A DNA stretch of 64,000 nucleotides from Pedosphaera sp. (GTDB lineage Bacteria; Verrucomicrobiota; Verrucomicrobiia; Limisphaerales; SXQI01): assembly GCA_025359965.1 (NCBI GenBank), contig JANYDC010000119.1:41945-105944 (forward strand), in the 5' to 3' direction. Shown in pieces: positions 1 through 11,168 of the stretch. Position numbers and translations under genes: made by a program. Position 1 is the stretch's first letter; every line of letters begins with the position of its first letter. The notes beneath the pieces are model-generated. The model saw only the letters and a program-made list of their open reading frames with translations, had not been told where the DNA came from and made no database searches.

Positions 1-3000
1 TGACAAAGTCACCCTTAAACACGATGACGTGCTTACCGATGGGGATCATGTGTTCCTCCTCGGCGTTTGTGGCCGGATCCTTGATCACCACAGTGCGTTT
101 ACCACGAACACTCGGCCCGAAGTCAACCACACCGTCGATTTTGGAAATCTCGGAGGCGTCTTTCGGGCGGCGTGCTTCAAACAGCTCGGCCACACGGGGA
201 AGACCGCCGGTGATGTCCTTGGTTTTGGACGATTTACGAGGTGTTTTTGCCATGAGCGTACCCGCCACGATCTTGTCACCTTCGTTGACGACCATGTGGG
301 CGCCGGAAGGAATGGGATAGTTGGCAAGGGGCTCGCCGCGTTCGTCAACAATGATAACGGCAGGATGGAGGTCCTCCTTGTGATCAATGATGACCATGGA
401 GTCCTGACCGGTGGCTTCATCGGTCTCCTGCTTCATCGTCACACCGTCGATGATGTCCTGGAATTGCACGACACCCGCCTTCTCAGAGAGAATGGGAACA
501 TTATAAGGATCCCATTGGACGAAGGTTTCGCCCTTCTTCACGGAAGCGCCATTTTGCAACGCGATGACGGAACCAATAACAATGTTGTGGCTTTCCAACT
601 CGCGGCCTTCAGGGCTCAAAATCGAGATGGAGCCGTTCTTGTTCAGCACAATGTTGTTACCGTCCTCCAACTGCACAAGGCGCAAGTCATTGTAGCGGAG
701 GACACCCTCTGCCTTGGCTTTGATTTGCGGTTGTTTGAAGACCTGCGAGGCCGTACCGCCGATGTGGAACGTACGCATGGTCAGCTGGGTTCCTGGTTCG
801 CCGATGGACTGAGCGGCAATAATGCCAACGGCCTCACCGAGTTTAACCAATCCACCGGTCGCAAGGTTGCGGCCATAACAATTGATGCAAATGCCCTGTT
901 TGCTTTCACAGGTAAGCACCGATCGAATCTTCATCTTCTCCACGAACGAGTTATCGATAGCCTTGGCCTTAATCTCATCGATCTCGGTGTTAGCAGCGAC
1001 CAACTTTTCTTTCGGATTCGTTGGATTATAAATGTCGTCGCAGCTGAAGCGGCCAACCAAGCGTTCGCTCAATTTAACCACCAGGTCCTCACCTTCGTAA
1101 ATGGCCTGAACCAGAATACCGTTGCTCGTGCCGCAATCATTCTCACGAATAATCACGTCCTGAGCCACATCAACCAGTTTGCGGGTCATGTAACCCGAGT
1201 CAGCCGTTTTCAAGGCTGTGTCAGCAAGTCCCTTACGGGCACCGTGCGTCGAGATGAAATACTCCAAAACGGTCAGACCCTCGCGGAAGTTGGACAAAAT
1301 CGGTTTTTCGATAATGTCGCCGCTGGGCTTGGCCATCAAACCGCGCACACCGGCCAACTGACGAACCTGTTGGCGGTTACCGCGGGCACCGGAGTCGACC
1401 ATCAGCCACACAGGGTTGAACTCCCGTTTGTTCTGGTTGAATTCCAATGTCTTGAGCATGACGCTCGCAATCTGATCCGTGCAATGCGTCCAGATGTCGA
1501 TGATTTTGTTGTAGCGTTCGCCAGGAGTAATAACACCCTTGCGGTACTGTTTCTCCACGTCGGCAATCTGTTTCTGGGCGGCCTCGATCTCCTGGGTTTT
1601 CTCCTTGGGGATGATCATGTCGTCGATACCGATTGAGATACCGGCACGAGTGGCTTCGTAGAAACCCATCTCCTTGAGTTTGTCCAGAGTGACAACAGTG
1701 CGTTCGTGACCGCACTTCTTGTAACAATTCCAGATCAAATCACCGATTTGACCTTTGCCGATGACCTTGTTGGGGAAACCAAGCTCCGTGGGCCAGATTT
1801 CACTGAAGATGACGCGGCCTGCCGTCGTATCAATAACCTTTTTCTCCGCATCACCGTAAACTGTAACGACACCGTAATCAGGATTCTTCATCCGGATTTT
1901 GTCGTGAGTGTGCAATGCACCGTCGGCCACAGCAAAAATGACTTCGCTTTTGGAACCGAACAGCATGGGACGGCCGGGAGGCGGCGCGCCGTGCGAACGA
2001 GGGTTTGCCGTCAGGTAGTAGCACCCGAGGGTAATATCCTGCGTGGGCGTCATGATGGGTTTGCCGCTTGAAGGGCTGAAGATGTTGTTCGAGGCCATCA
2101 TCAAAAGACGAGCCTCCAACTGAGCTTCAACCGACAAGGGCACATGGACGGCCATTTGATCGCCGTCGAAGTCCGCGTTGTAGGCGGTACACACGAGCGG
2201 GTGAATACGAATGGCTTCGCCTTCGATGAGCACGGGTTCGAACGCCTGGATCGACAAACGGTGCAGCGTGGGCGCACGATTCAGCAATACGGGGTGACCC
2301 TTGGTGACTTCCTCGAGAATATCCCAGACTTCTGGGGATTGGCGCTCGATCATTTTTTTCGCCGAACGAACGGTATGGACATAGCCCATCTCCTTCAAAC
2401 GACGAATGATGAAAGGCTCGAACAGAACCAAAGCCATTTTCTTGGGCAAACCGCACTGATACAGTTTGAGTTCCGGCCCGATTACGATGACCGAACGGCC
2501 AGAGTAATCGACGCGTTTGCCGAGCAAGTTCTGACGGAAACGACCGCTTTTGCCCTTTAGCATGTCGCTCAGGGATTTCAACGGGCGGTTGCCGGCCCCG
2601 GTAACAGCGCGGCCGTGACGACCGTTGTCGAAAAGTGCGTCCACCGCCTCTTGAAGCATGCGCTTCTCGTTGCGGATGATGACTTCAGGCGTCTTAAGCT
2701 GCAACAGGTTCTTCAACCGGTTGTTGCGGTTGATCACGCGGCGATACAGGTCGTTCAGGTCGGAGGTCGCAAAACGACCGCCTTCGAGAGGAACCAAAGG
2801 ACGCAGATCAGGGGGAATGACAGGCAACACCATCAAGATCATCCACTCGGGACGGGTCTTGGAGGAGGAGAAACCTTGAAACAATTTGATCCGTTTGGCA
2901 ATTTTCTTGCGGATTTGTTTGCTCTTAGTTTCTGTCATCGCGATCTGCAGCTCGTCAATGGACTTGAGCAGATCAGTGTTGGCCAATGCTTCGCGGACAG

Positions 3001-3562
3001 CCTCGGCTCCCATCTTGGCCAAGAACGCGTCATTTCCGTAGGTTTCCTTGGCTTCCCGGTATTCCATCTCGCTCAGCAGCTGGTGCTGTTTGAGCGGGGT
3101 GGATTTCGGGTCGATAACCAAGTAATCCTCATAGTAGATCACACGCTCAAGATTGCGCGCGGTCATGTCCAGCACCAAACCCAACCGGGAGGGCATGCAC
3201 TTGAAAAACCAAATGTGCGTGACCGGCACGGCCAGTTCGATGTGACCCATGCGCTCGCGGCGCACTCTGGACAGAGTGACTTCCACACCGCAACGGTCGC
3301 AGACCACGCCTCGGTGCTTAATCCGTTTGTACTTGCCGCAGGAACATTCCCAGTCCTTGACGGGACCGAAAATGCGCTCGCAGAACAAGCCGCCCTTTTC
3401 CGGTTTGAACGTCCGGTAGTTAATGGTTTCAGGGTTTTTCACCTCACCCTTGGACCAGGACCGGATCGCTTCCGGTGCGGCCACAGTGATAGCAACGAAG
3501 TCGACAAGGTTGACCTTGTCCAAACCGAGCAACTCACGAGCGGATTCTTTGGTATTGATCAT
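1..3562 (-). CDS. rpoC: DNA-directed RNA polymerase beta' subunit (5' part, runs off left edge)
   Basis: Minus-strand ATG at 3562 translates [13 protein letters not shown]...[58 protein letters not shown] (Zn finger). The catalytic NADFDGDQM motif is encoded near 2155-2180. Lies directly downstream of rpoB. Absent from the ORF track because no stop is in the window. Confidence 0.98.
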   Translation of the reverse strand, partial: MINTKESARELLGLDKVNLVDFVAITVAAPEAIRSWSKGEVKNPETINYRTFKPEKGGLFCERIFGPVKDWECSCGKYKRIKHRGVVCDRCGVEVTLSRVRRERMGHIELAVPVTHIWFFKCMPSRLGLVLDMTARNLERVIYYEDYLVIDPKSTPLKQHQLLSEMEYREAKETYGNDAFLAKMGAEAVREALANTDLLKSIDELQIAMTETKSKQIRKKIAKRIKLFQGFSSSKTRPEWMILMVLPVIPPDLRPLVPLEGGRFATSDLNDLYRRVINRNNRLKNLLQLKTPEVIIRNEKRMLQEAVDALFDNGRHGRAVTGAGNRPLKSLSDMLKGKSGRFRQNLLGKRVDYSGRSVIVIGPELKLYQCGLPKKMALVLFEPFIIRRLKEMGYVHTVRSAKKMIERQSPEVWDILEEVTKGHPVLLNRAPTLHRLSIQAFEPVLIEGEAIRIHPLVCTAYNADFDGDQMAVHVPLSVEAQLEARLLMMASNNIFSPSSGKPIMTPTQDITLGCYYLTANPRSHGAPPPGRPMLFGSKSEVIFAVADGALHTHDKIRMKNPDYGVVTVYGDAEKKVIDTTAGRVIFSEIWPTELGFPNKVIGKGQIGDLIWNCYKKCGHERTVVTLDKLKEMGFYEATRAGISIGIDDMIIPKEKTQEIEAAQKQIADVEKQYRKGVITPGERYNKIIDIWTHCTDQIASVMLKTLEFNQNKREFNPVWLMVDSGARGNRQQVRQLAGVRGLMAKPSGDIIEKPILSNFREGLTVLEYFISTHGARKGLADTALKTADSGYMTRKLVDVAQDVIIRENDCGTSNGILVQAIYEGEDLVVKLSERLVGRFSCDDIYNPTNPKEKLVAANTEIDEIKAKAIDNSFVEKMKIRSVLTCESKQGICINCYGRNLATGGLVKLGEAVGIIAAQSIGEPGTQLTMRTFHIGGTASQVFKQPQIKAKAEGVLRYNDLRLVQLEDGNNIVLNKNGSISILSPEGRELESHNIVIGSVIALQNGASVKKGETFVQWDPYNVPILSEKAGVVQFQDIIDGVTMKQETDEATGQDSMVIIDHKEDLHPAVIIVDERGEPLANYPIPSGAHMVVNEGDKIVAGTLMAKTPRKSSKTKDITGGLPRVAELFEARRPKDASEISKIDGVVDFGPSVRGKRTVVIKDPATNAEEEHMIPIGKHVIVFKGDFV

Positions 3563-3640
3563 ACTACATCCGGGGGTCCCTAACGGGCACCCCAACTAAA
3601 ATGACACTTTCTTGGTTCGAGAACAGTAAAGGCTATCGCT

Positions 3641-6600
3641 TCAAGTCAAAGACGCCAGACTTGGCGCGTGAGACGCGTTATCCATCGGGTTCGAGTATCC
3701 CACCTTAACATCCAGACCAAGGGATTGCATTTCCTTGACCAGCACGTTGAAGGATTCAGGCACGCCCGCTTCGAGTGAGTTATCACCCTTGACGATGCTC
3801 TCGTAGATTCTCGTGCGTCCCTGCACGTCATCCGATTTCACCGTCAGCAGTTCCTGCAATGTGTAGGCAGCGCCATAGGCTTCCATGGCCCAGACTTCCA
3901 TTTCTCCGAAGCGTTGTCCGCCGTACTGCGCTTTGCCGCCCAGGGGTTGCTGGGTAACGAGGGAGTATGGTCCGACAGCTCGAGCATGGATCTTGTCCGC
4001 CACCAAGTGACCCAGCTTCATCATATAGATGTAGCCGACCACCACTTCCTGGTCGAACCTTTCACCGGTGCGCCCGTCATAGAGATGGATCTTGGCGTGC
4101 TCAGGAAGCTTGGCTTCCTTGAGGTAACCACGAATGTCCTTTTCTTTGATGCCGTCAAACACCGGAGTCGCAAAACGCAGACCCAGAATTTTGGCCGCCC
4201 AACCCAAGTGTGTTTCCAACACTTGTCCGACGTTCATGCGCGAAGGCACACCGAGCGGGTTCAAGACGATGTCAACCGGAGTTCCGTCAGCCAGGAAGGG
4301 GAGGTCCTCTTCCGCGACGATTTTGGCGACAACACCCTTGTTACCGTGGCGACCCGCCATTTTGTCACCGACCGAGAGCTTGCGCTTCGATGCGATGTAC
4401 ACTTTGACGGATTTGATGATGCCAGGATCAACTTCGTCCCCGGCCTCAACACGTTCCATCTCCTCGTCGTGCTGCATCTGGAGGTCATCGAACTTTTTCT
4501 TAAAGGTTCCAATGATCTCGTTGATCTTGTTACGAATGGGCGACGGATCGATTTCGATCCGATCATACACACTGGCCAATTTGCGCAGCAGGGTCTTGGT
4601 AATCTTGCGGTTGGCCGGGATGATGATTTCACCAGTCTCCGAGTTGACCACGTCGAGCGGGATTTTTTCGCCCAACAGGATGTTGCTCAGGGCCTCGGTC
4701 AATTGCTCACGCAATTCTTCGACTCTGGCTTTGTGCTCTTCCTCAACCTGCTTGGCGTGCTTCTTAGGCTCGCCTGTCACGGTGACGCGGGGGACTGGTT
4801 TGTCGCTCTCCTTTTTGGAGGAGACTTTGACATCCATCACAATGCCGTAAGTGCCGGAAGGCACTTTGAGCGAGGTGTCTTTCACATCAGCGGCCTTTTC
4901 GCCGAAAATGGCTCGCAGCAAACGCTCCTCCGGGGCAAGTTCTGTCTCGCTTTTCGGAGTGATTTTGCCGACGAGAATGTCGCCGGGTTTAACCTCAGCG
5001 CCGATACGTATCACGCCGTCGGGGCCGAGGTTTCGTAGTGCTTCTTCGCCGAGGTTGGGGATATCACGTGTGATTTCCTCAGGTCCCAGCTTGGTATCGC
5101 GGGCACCGACTTCAAACTCGTCAATGTGGATGGAGGTGAAAACATCGTCCTTCACGATGCGTTCACTGATTAGGATGGCGTCCTCGAAGTTATAACCGTT
5201 CCAAGGCATGAACGCGCACAGGACATTTCGGCCGAGTGCAAGTTCCCCACCCTGTGTGCAAGGACCATCAGCAATGGCCTGGCCCTTTTTAATGGTGTCA
5301 CCCTTGGTCACCAGAATTTTCTGGTTAATGCAGGTGGCCGCATTTGAGCGCATAAATTTGCGCACGGGATAGACGAATGTCCCCTCACCGAGGTCGGTCT
5401 TGATCTTTTTCTTGCCCTCCGGAAGCTTTCCGTCACGGGTAATAATGATCTGATTTCCGAGGACAGAGGCAACTTTGCCCGCTTCTTCGGCAACAAGCAC
5501 AGCCCTTGAGTCACGCGCGACACGTTCTTCAAGTCCCGTGGCCACCAAAGGCGCTTCTGTGACCAGCAAAGGCACTGCCTGGCGTTGCATGTTTGAACCC
5601 ATCAACGCGCGGTTCGCGTCGTCATGTTCAAGGAAGGGAATCAGACCGGCAGCAACGGAGACCAACTGCTTGGGCGAAACATCCATGTAATCGACCTTGG
5701 AAGGCTCGACGTCCACGAAGTCATTCTTACAGCGGCAAAGGACGCGCTCGGTTTGGAAGACACCCTTGTCATCGATAACAGCGTTAGCCTGAGCGACCGT
5801 GAAGGTTTCTTCGCGATCAGCAGTCAGGTAATCGATCTGATTGGTGACACGACCCTTCTCCACCTTGCGATAGGGAGTTTCGATGAAACCAAAGTCGTTG
5901 ACCCTGGCGAAGGTTGCCAAAGACGCAATCAAACCGATGTTAGGTCCTTCAGGCGTTTCAACAGGACAAATGCGGCCGTAGTGCGATGGATGCACGTCAC
6001 GGACCTCGAAGCCGGCACGATCACGTGACAAACCTCCGGGCCCCAGTGCGGACAACCGGCGTTTGTGCGTTAATTCAGCCAAAGGATTGATCTGGTCCAT
6101 GAACTGGGACAACTGGCTGCGACCAAAGAAATCGCGAACCACTGCCGACAGAGCCTTGGGATTGATCAGCTTTTGAGGCGTCATCGTATCCATGCCCTGA
6201 TCGAACAAGGTCATGCGCTCTTTGACCAATCGCTCGGTGCGAGCCAGGCCCACTCGGCACTGGTTGGCAAGCAACTCGCCCACTGTGCGAATACGGCGGC
6301 TGCCCAAGTGATCGATGTCGTCCAGCGTGCCCTCGCCTTTTTTGAGGCGGAGCAAATACTTCGTCGCAGCAACCAAGTCTTCCTTGGTAAGAATGCGCGA
6401 ATCCTCACCCGCTTTCAGACCAAGTTTTTGGATGATCTTATACCGTCCGACACGACCGAGGTCGTAACGTTTCGGATCAAAGAACAACCGCTTGATCAGA
6501 GCACGGGCGTTGGCGGCGGTGGGTGGATCTCCGGGCCGGAGGCGGCGATAAATATCCTTCAGGGCCTCTTCCTCGTTCTTCGTCGGATCCTTCTTAAGGC

Positions 6601-7465
6601 ACTTTATGACGATTCCTTCGTCAACCGTGGTGTCAACCACACGAATCTTGGATATACCAAGATCAGCAAGCTGTTTCACGACCGCTTTGGAGAGCGGTTC
6701 AAAAGCGCGGGCCACAACGGTACCCTTGTCGTCGTCCAACGCGTCTTCGATCAGAACCTTGTTCTGAATGTCCTCAAGACTCTCAGCAGCCTTCACCGAA
6801 ATTTCCTCGATGTCGTAGAACAACTTAAGGATGTCAGCGTCTGAGCCGTAACCCAAAGCGCGGAAGAAAGTGGTGGTTAAAAATTTGCGGCGGCGTTTTT
6901 TACGATCCAAATAGACGTAAAGAAGGTCACTGGTGTCGAACTGGGCCTCATACCAAGAACCACGATCAGGAATAATCCTGAACGAGTGGAGCATCTTGCC
7001 ATTGGGATGTTGGGTGGCTTCAAAAGCGAGGCCAGGCGAACGATGCAGTTGGCTGACAATCACGCGCTCGGCACCATTGATGACAAAAGTGCCCTGAGGG
7101 GTCATCAAGGGCAGTTCGCCCATGAACACTTTTTCCTCCTTCGTCTCCTTCTCCTCTTTCAAGGTGAAAGTAACGTGGAGCGGGGCTCCATAAGTGACAC
7201 CTTCGCGGAGGCATTCCAGCCAATCCTGCTTGGGTTCACCTATCTCGTAGCTATGATAGTCGAGCACGCATTTGCCGTCGTAGCTCTCAATTGGGAAAAC
7301 TTCGGTAAAAACCGCTTGCAATCCCAAATTTTTACGCTTTGAGGGCGCGATATCCGCCTGCAGAAACTCTCTGTAGGAATTGACCTGGATCTCAATCAGG
7401 TTCGGCGGGGCGATGATCTCTTTGATCTTACCAAAGTTGATTCGTTCAGCAGAGCGCGATGGCAT
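3641..7465 (-). CDS. rpoB: DNA-directed RNA polymerase beta subunit
   Basis: 1274 aa; [41 protein letters not shown] and [12 protein letters not shown] motifs. Confidence 0.99.
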   Translation of the reverse strand: MPSRSAERINFGKIKEIIAPPNLIEIQVNSYREFLQADIAPSKRKNLGLQAVFTEVFPIESYDGKCVLDYHSYEIGEPKQDWLECLREGVTYGAPLHVTFTLKEEKETKEEKVFMGELPLMTPQGTFVINGAERVIVSQLHRSPGLAFEATQHPNGKMLHSFRIIPDRGSWYEAQFDTSDLLYVYLDRKKRRRKFLTTTFFRALGYGSDADILKLFYDIEEISVKAAESLEDIQNKVLIEDALDDDKGTVVARAFEPLSKAVVKQLADLGISKIRVVDTTVDEGIVIKCLKKDPTKNEEEALKDIYRRLRPGDPPTAANARALIKRLFFDPKRYDLGRVGRYKIIQKLGLKAGEDSRILTKEDLVAATKYLLRLKKGEGTLDDIDHLGSRRIRTVGELLANQCRVGLARTERLVKERMTLFDQGMDTMTPQKLINPKALSAVVRDFFGRSQLSQFMDQINPLAELTHKRRLSALGPGGLSRDRAGFEVRDVHPSHYGRICPVETPEGPNIGLIASLATFARVNDFGFIETPYRKVEKGRVTNQIDYLTADREETFTVAQANAVIDDKGVFQTERVLCRCKNDFVDVEPSKVDYMDVSPKQLVSVAAGLIPFLEHDDANRALMGSNMQRQAVPLLVTEAPLVATGLEERVARDSRAVLVAEEAGKVASVLGNQIIITRDGKLPEGKKKIKTDLGEGTFVYPVRKFMRSNAATCINQKILVTKGDTIKKGQAIADGPCTQGGELALGRNVLCAFMPWNGYNFEDAILISERIVKDDVFTSIHIDEFEVGARDTKLGPEEITRDIPNLGEEALRNLGPDGVIRIGAEVKPGDILVGKITPKSETELAPEERLLRAIFGEKAADVKDTSLKVPSGTYGIVMDVKVSSKKESDKPVPRVTVTGEPKKHAKQVEEEHKARVEELREQLTEALSNILLGEKIPLDVVNSETGEIIIPANRKITKTLLRKLASVYDRIEIDPSPIRNKINEIIGTFKKKFDDLQMQHDEEMERVEAGDEVDPGIIKSVKVYIASKRKLSVGDKMAGRHGNKGVVAKIVAEEDLPFLADGTPVDIVLNPLGVPSRMNVGQVLETHLGWAAKILGLRFATPVFDGIKEKDIRGYLKEAKLPEHAKIHLYDGRTGERFDQEVVVGYIYMMKLGHLVADKIHARAVGPYSLVTQQPLGGKAQYGGQRFGEMEVWAMEAYGAAYTLQELLTVKSDDVQGRTRIYESIVKGDNSLEAGVPESFNVLVKEMQSLGLDVKVGYSNPMDNASHAPSLASLT

Positions 7466-7657
7466 TTTTACCTCGGTTTTACACTGGTGGCAGCACCAGA
7501 TTTCACGTATCTCTCAAAACGACAGAAGACCGGCATCCTTGCTACCGCAAGAACTTCGCCGGCTTTCGATATCGATTACTGCTATTTGACGATACAGCAG
7601 ATTAAATTATTCCAACTTAAACAACATGGCAACAACATAAATTGCCGCCCGACTGTC

Positions 7658-7688
7658 AAAAAGGGTGGTGAGACAGGCTCACCACCCT
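7658..7688 (-). terminator. Intrinsic terminator/attenuator after rplL
   Basis: Minus strand AGGGTGGTGAG-CCTGT-CTCACCACCCT followed by a T-run, 17 nt after the rplL stop. Confidence 0.8.
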
Positions 7689-7705
7689 CGAAAGTTACCC
7701 TAAGG

Positions 7706-8089
7706 TTACTTGACTTCAACCTTGGCGCCAGCTTCTTCAAGCTTTTTCTTGGCCGCGTCGGAATCAGCTTTGTTAGCACCTTCCAAAATAGCTTTGGGTG
7801 CTTCTTCAACCAACTTCTTCGCTTCAGCGAGGCCGAGACCGGGCTTCACTTCACGAACGACCTTGATGACGGAGATCTTCTTGTCGGCAGGAACCGAAAC
7901 GAGGATCACGTCGAAGGCAGTCTGGGCTTCAGCAGCAGGAGCAGCTGCGCCAGCACCGGCGGCGGCGGCAACAGCAACAGGTGCTGCGGCACTAACGCCC
8001 CATTTGGTTTCGAGTTGTTTAACGAGGTCAGCGGCTTCGATAACGGTCAGTCCGCTCAGTTGTTCTACGATTGCAGCAATATCAGCCAT
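7706..8089 (-). CDS. rplL: 50S ribosomal protein L7/L12
   Basis: 127 aa; [26 protein letters not shown], Ala-rich hinge, [22 protein letters not shown]. Confidence 0.98.
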   Translation of the reverse strand: MADIAAIVEQLSGLTVIEAADLVKQLETKWGVSAAAPVAVAAAAGAGAAAPAAEAQTAFDVILVSVPADKKISVIKVVREVKPGLGLAEAKKLVEEAPKAILEGANKADSDAAKKKLEEAGAKVEVK

Positions 8090-8103
8090 ATTTACTTTCA
8101 GTC

Positions 8104-8158
8104 TCGTCGTCAGACACAGCCGTGTCCGGTTTTAGCAGGATAGCCACCCTGCCGACGA
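8104..8158 (-). promoter_or_regulatory. Candidate structured cis-regulatory RNA (three-way junction) upstream of rplL
   Basis: P1 TCGTCG/CGACGA encloses GCAGGGT[GGCT]ATCCTGC and CGGACAC[GGCT]GTGTCTG; ends 14 nt before the rplL ATG. Confidence 0.5.
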
Positions 8159-8231
8159 TTTACTCTATTGATTCAGGTTTGTTGATGCCACAGATCGAAA
8201 GACCGGCGGCAAATTGATTTGAGCCACTCGC

Positions 8232-8756
8232 TTAAGCGGCGGCTTTGTTGACTTGGTCCACATGAGCTTGAATGACACTTGCCAATTGAGCTCCAGGCGC
8301 GTTGATGATTTGGACCAGTTTTGCAGCAGGAGCCTGTAAAACACCAAGAAGTTTGGCACGCAAGACCTCGATGGAGGGAAGGTCAGCCAGCACCAAGACA
8401 TCCTTGGCTTCGAGGCGGGTATTGCCCAGATAGCCGTACTGCAGCTTGGGTTTGTCAAACTCGCCTTGGAAAGTCTTGACGACTTTGGCAGCGGATGAGA
8501 CGTCCTTTACGCCGGTAACAACAGCCAATTGGCCCGTCAAACCACCCGCCAAGTCGGCCAAGTTTGCATTTTTCGCAGCGATGCGGAAAATGGAATTCTT
8601 GACGACGTGAACTTCCGCACCGACTCCGCGGAGCCGCTTGCGCAGCTCGGTAAACTGGAGAACAGTCACCGCACGGTAATCAACCACAAGAAAGAAGGGC
8701 GAGCCATTCAACCGCTTGAGGTATTCCTCACTAATAAATTTCTTTTCTTCGCGCAT
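8232..8756 (-). CDS. rplJ: 50S ribosomal protein L10
   Basis: 174 aa; VDYRAVTV..FTELRKRLR..VVKNSIF, LADLPSIEVLRAKLLGVLQAPA; located between rplA and rplL. Confidence 0.97.
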   Translation of the reverse strand: MREEKKFISEEYLKRLNGSPFFLVVDYRAVTVLQFTELRKRLRGVGAEVHVVKNSIFRIAAKNANLADLAGGLTGQLAVVTGVKDVSSAAKVVKTFQGEFDKPKLQYGYLGNTRLEAKDVLVLADLPSIEVLRAKLLGVLQAPAAKLVQIINAPGAQLASVIQAHVDQVNKAAA

Positions 8757-8778
8757 GAAAATTTCTTTCTACTGAAGA

Positions 8779-9474
8779 TTACATCGATGTGAATTCGCGG
8801 ATGTCCACGCGGACAGGCGGGCTCATCGTTGCCGAGAGTGTGCAGCTCAGGAGAAACACACCTTTGGCGCTGGTTGGACGGGCTTTGGACACAGCCTCGA
8901 TGACGGCACGAGCATTGTCAGCCAACTGTTCGGCTGTGAAGCTGAGTTTGCCGACGGGAACGTGAATATTGGCTGCCTTGTCGATTTTGAACTCCACACG
9001 GCCCGCTTTGACTTCTTTCACTGCTTTGCCAGTGTTTTCCGTCACGGTGCCGGTCTTGGGATTGGGCATCAAGCCGCGAGGCCCGAGAACCTTACCCAAT
9101 TTACGAACCTCGACCATCGCTTCAGGAGTGGCGATTGCCACATCGAAATCAGTCCAGCCCTCCGTGCACTTCTTAATCATGTCATCAAAGCCAACGAACT
9201 CAGCACCAGCGGCGATAGCCGACTCAGCGGCTGCACCCGGCTTGGCGAACACGAGGACTTTGACGGTTTTGCCGCTTCCGTGCGGCAGCGGAACGGTCCC
9301 GCGAACCATCTGGTCCGATTGCTTGGGGTCCACACCGAGGCGGAAAGCCAAATCGATGGTTTCGTTGAATTTCGCCTTGGGGAACTTGGCGATTACTTCG
9401 ACAGCCTGAGCGATGGAATAAGTTTTGGTCTTATCCACCAGAGTCAGCGCTTTTTTGTAGCGTTTACTGGGCAT
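8779..9474 (-). CDS. rplA: 50S ribosomal protein L1
   Basis: 231 aa; AKFNETIDLAFRLGVDPKQSDQMVRGTVPLPHGSGK, LGPRGLMPNPKTGTV. Confidence 0.98.
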   Translation of the reverse strand: MPSKRYKKALTLVDKTKTYSIAQAVEVIAKFPKAKFNETIDLAFRLGVDPKQSDQMVRGTVPLPHGSGKTVKVLVFAKPGAAAESAIAAGAEFVGFDDMIKKCTEGWTDFDVAIATPEAMVEVRKLGKVLGPRGLMPNPKTGTVTENTGKAVKEVKAGRVEFKIDKAANIHVPVGKLSFTAEQLADNARAVIEAVSKARPTSAKGVFLLSCTLSATMSPPVRVDIREFTSM

Positions 9475-9482
9475 GGTTTGGT

Positions 9483-9514
9483 GCGGTGCAAACGAACCGG
9501 TTAGGCTCTCCCGC
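9483..9514 (-). promoter_or_regulatory. Putative L1-binding mRNA site between rplK and rplA
   Basis: GCGG-GAG-AGCC[TAACC]GGTT-CGTTTGCA-CCGC: hairpin with an asymmetric internal loop containing GGGAG, resembling L1 autoregulatory sites. Confidence 0.55.
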
Positions 9515-9532
9515 TTTGAGGTTTAGGGAAAT

Positions 9533-9958
9533 TTAACCGACGATATCAATGCCCATGCTGCGCGCTGTTCCCGCGACAATGCGGAAGGCGGCCGCGTCGT
9601 TGGACGCATTCATATCTTTAGCTTTCAGCTTAACAATGTCGTTGACCTGTTTGGCTGTGACTTTGCCCACTTTATCCTTGTTCGGTGTTTTGGAACCGGA
9701 GGCAATGCCCGCTGCTTTTTTAAGCAGTGCGGAAGCCGGTGGTGATTTCGTGATGAAGGTGAACGATTTATCCTGGAACACGGTGATGACCACTGGAATG
9801 ATCATGCCGGCCTGGTCCTTCGTCGCCGCATTAAATTCTTTGCAGAAGGCCATGATGTTCACGCCTTGCTGACCGAGAGCGGGACCCACGGGAGGTGCCG
9901 GGTTGGCTTGACCTGCCGGAATCTGCAATTTGATTTGTCCAACTACTTTCTTCGCCAT
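9533..9958 (-). CDS. rplK: 50S ribosomal protein L11
   Basis: 141 aa; [36 protein letters not shown]. Confidence 0.98.
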   Translation of the reverse strand: MAKKVVGQIKLQIPAGQANPAPPVGPALGQQGVNIMAFCKEFNAATKDQAGMIIPVVITVFQDKSFTFITKSPPASALLKKAAGIASGSKTPNKDKVGKVTAKQVNDIVKLKAKDMNASNDAAAFRIVAGTARSMGIDIVG

Positions 9959-10023
9959 AAAAATCCGTTTCTAACTTAAAAATTTCCGAACCACGCATCC
10001 ATCGGACAACGTGGCATCCTTCG

Positions 10024-10572
10024 TTACGCTTTTTCGACCTGCCAGTATTCCAACTCCACAGGCGTATTGCGCCCGAAGATATTGACGGTAACTTTCAACT
10101 TACCGCGATCAGGATCGATTTCTTCAATGACACCACCAAAACTGAGGAATGGTCCGTCGTTAATCTTGACGGTTTCACCGACCTCGAAATTGACCTTGGG
10201 CCGCTCCGTGTCTTCTGCGTCAGAGATCTGGGACTTAATGCTGCTGATTTCCTCAGCACTGGCTGGGGAAGGACGCTCGCCTCCGACAAACCCGATAATT
10301 CCCTGAGTATCGCGAATGAAATACCAAGGCTTTTCAATGATGCGCTTGGCATCATCGAGCAATTGCATCTCTACAAAAACATAACCGGGATAAAGCTTCC
10401 GGTTCGTCACGGTTTTTTTACCGCTGCGAACTTCGGCAACCTTCTCCATGGGAACGAGCACCTCACGGATGTACTCGCCCATTTCTTCGATCTTCAGACG
10501 CTTTTCAATGCTATCCTTGACCTTTTGTTCCTGGCCGGAAAGCGTGTGGAGGACAAACCATTGCATGGGCAT
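10024..10572 (-). CDS. nusG: Transcription termination/antitermination factor NusG
   Basis: 182 aa; WFVLHTLSGQEQKV NGN domain, YPGYVFV, KOW domain GETVKINDGPF..IFGRNTPVEL. Confidence 0.98.
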   Translation of the reverse strand: MPMQWFVLHTLSGQEQKVKDSIEKRLKIEEMGEYIREVLVPMEKVAEVRSGKKTVTNRKLYPGYVFVEMQLLDDAKRIIEKPWYFIRDTQGIIGFVGGERPSPASAEEISSIKSQISDAEDTERPKVNFEVGETVKINDGPFLSFGGVIEEIDPDRGKLKVTVNIFGRNTPVELEYWQVEKA

Positions 10573-10590
10573 TGCTGTGCTCGCTTTCGG

Positions 10591-10854
10591 TTAGGAATTG
10601 ACCCACTTCATGACCAAGTTCAACACCCAGTCCACACTGACGGTAAAACCGCCGATAAGTGCGATAGTGAGCATGACAACCAGTGTTGAACCCTTAAGCT
10701 CTTCAATGGTAGGCCAACTGCACTTGCGCAACTCCTCGCGAGTTTCCAGAACATAGTCACGGATGCGCAGGAGGTATCCCTTCTTCCAGAGGAAGAAGAA
10801 CAAACCGCCAACCACGGCAGCCCAGACAAAAATCTTAGTATATTCGTTTTTCAC
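10591..10854 (-). CDS. secE: Preprotein translocase subunit SecE
   Basis: 87 aa; ETREELRKCSWPTIEEL motif followed by a TM helix; upstream of nusG. Confidence 0.93.
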   Translation of the reverse strand: MKNEYTKIFVWAAVVGGLFFFLWKKGYLLRIRDYVLETREELRKCSWPTIEELKGSTLVVMLTIALIGGFTVSVDWVLNLVMKWVNS

Positions 10855-10862
10855 GTTACAAT

Positions 10863-10951
10863 TGGCGGAGGGGGAGGGATTCGAACCCCCGAAGGTGTTA
10901 AGCCTTAGCGGTTTTCAAGACCGCCGCGATAGACCACTCTGCCACCCCTCC
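10863..10951 (-). tRNA. tRNA-Ser (anticodon TGA)
   Basis: GGAGGGGTGGCAGAGTGG..GCGGT-CT-TGA-AA-ACCGC, long variable arm, GGTTCGAATCC T-loop, encoded CCA; 89 nt. Confidence 0.95.
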
Positions 10952-10972
10952 ATCACCTCACACTGTATTTTT

Positions 10973-11048
10973 TGGCAGGGCAGGAGGGAATCGAACCCCC
11001 AACCAACGGTTTTGGAGACCGCTACTCTACCAATTGAGCTACTGCCCT
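10973..11048 (-). tRNA. tRNA-Trp (anticodon CCA)
   Basis: AGGGCAGTAGCTCAATTGGTAGAG..GCGGT-CT-CCA-AA-ACCGT..GGTTCGATTCC..CTGCCCTGCCA; 76 nt. Confidence 0.96.
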
Positions 11049-11113
11049 GTCACCAAAATTTAACAGAGATTTGAGATGTGCAGACTATGGTGTTGTCACC
11101 GGACTGGCTAGAC

Positions 11114-11150
11114 AAAAATGGAGGCGGAAATGATTAATCTCCGCGCTCCA
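11114..11150 (-). terminator. Intrinsic terminator after tuf
   Basis: Minus strand TGGAGCGCGGAGA-TTAATCA-TTTCCGCCTCCA followed by TTTTT. Confidence 0.65.
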
Positions 11151-11168
11151 AGTAAAATCCTGAACGGA

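Noticed and set aside
29-3583. Long plus-strand ORFs (535 aa, 322 aa and others) over the rpoC region
   Set aside because: Antisense shadows of the minus-strand rpoC frame; no recognisable motifs.
6030-6135. Possible rifampicin-resistance substitutions in RpoB cluster I
   Set aside because: [25 protein letters not shown] retains the key Q, D, H, R and S residues.
10863-10951. Possible selenocysteine or suppressor tRNA because TGA appears in the anticodon loop
   Set aside because: Anticodon TGA reads UCA (Ser); tRNA-Sec needs anticodon TCA and an extended acceptor stem.
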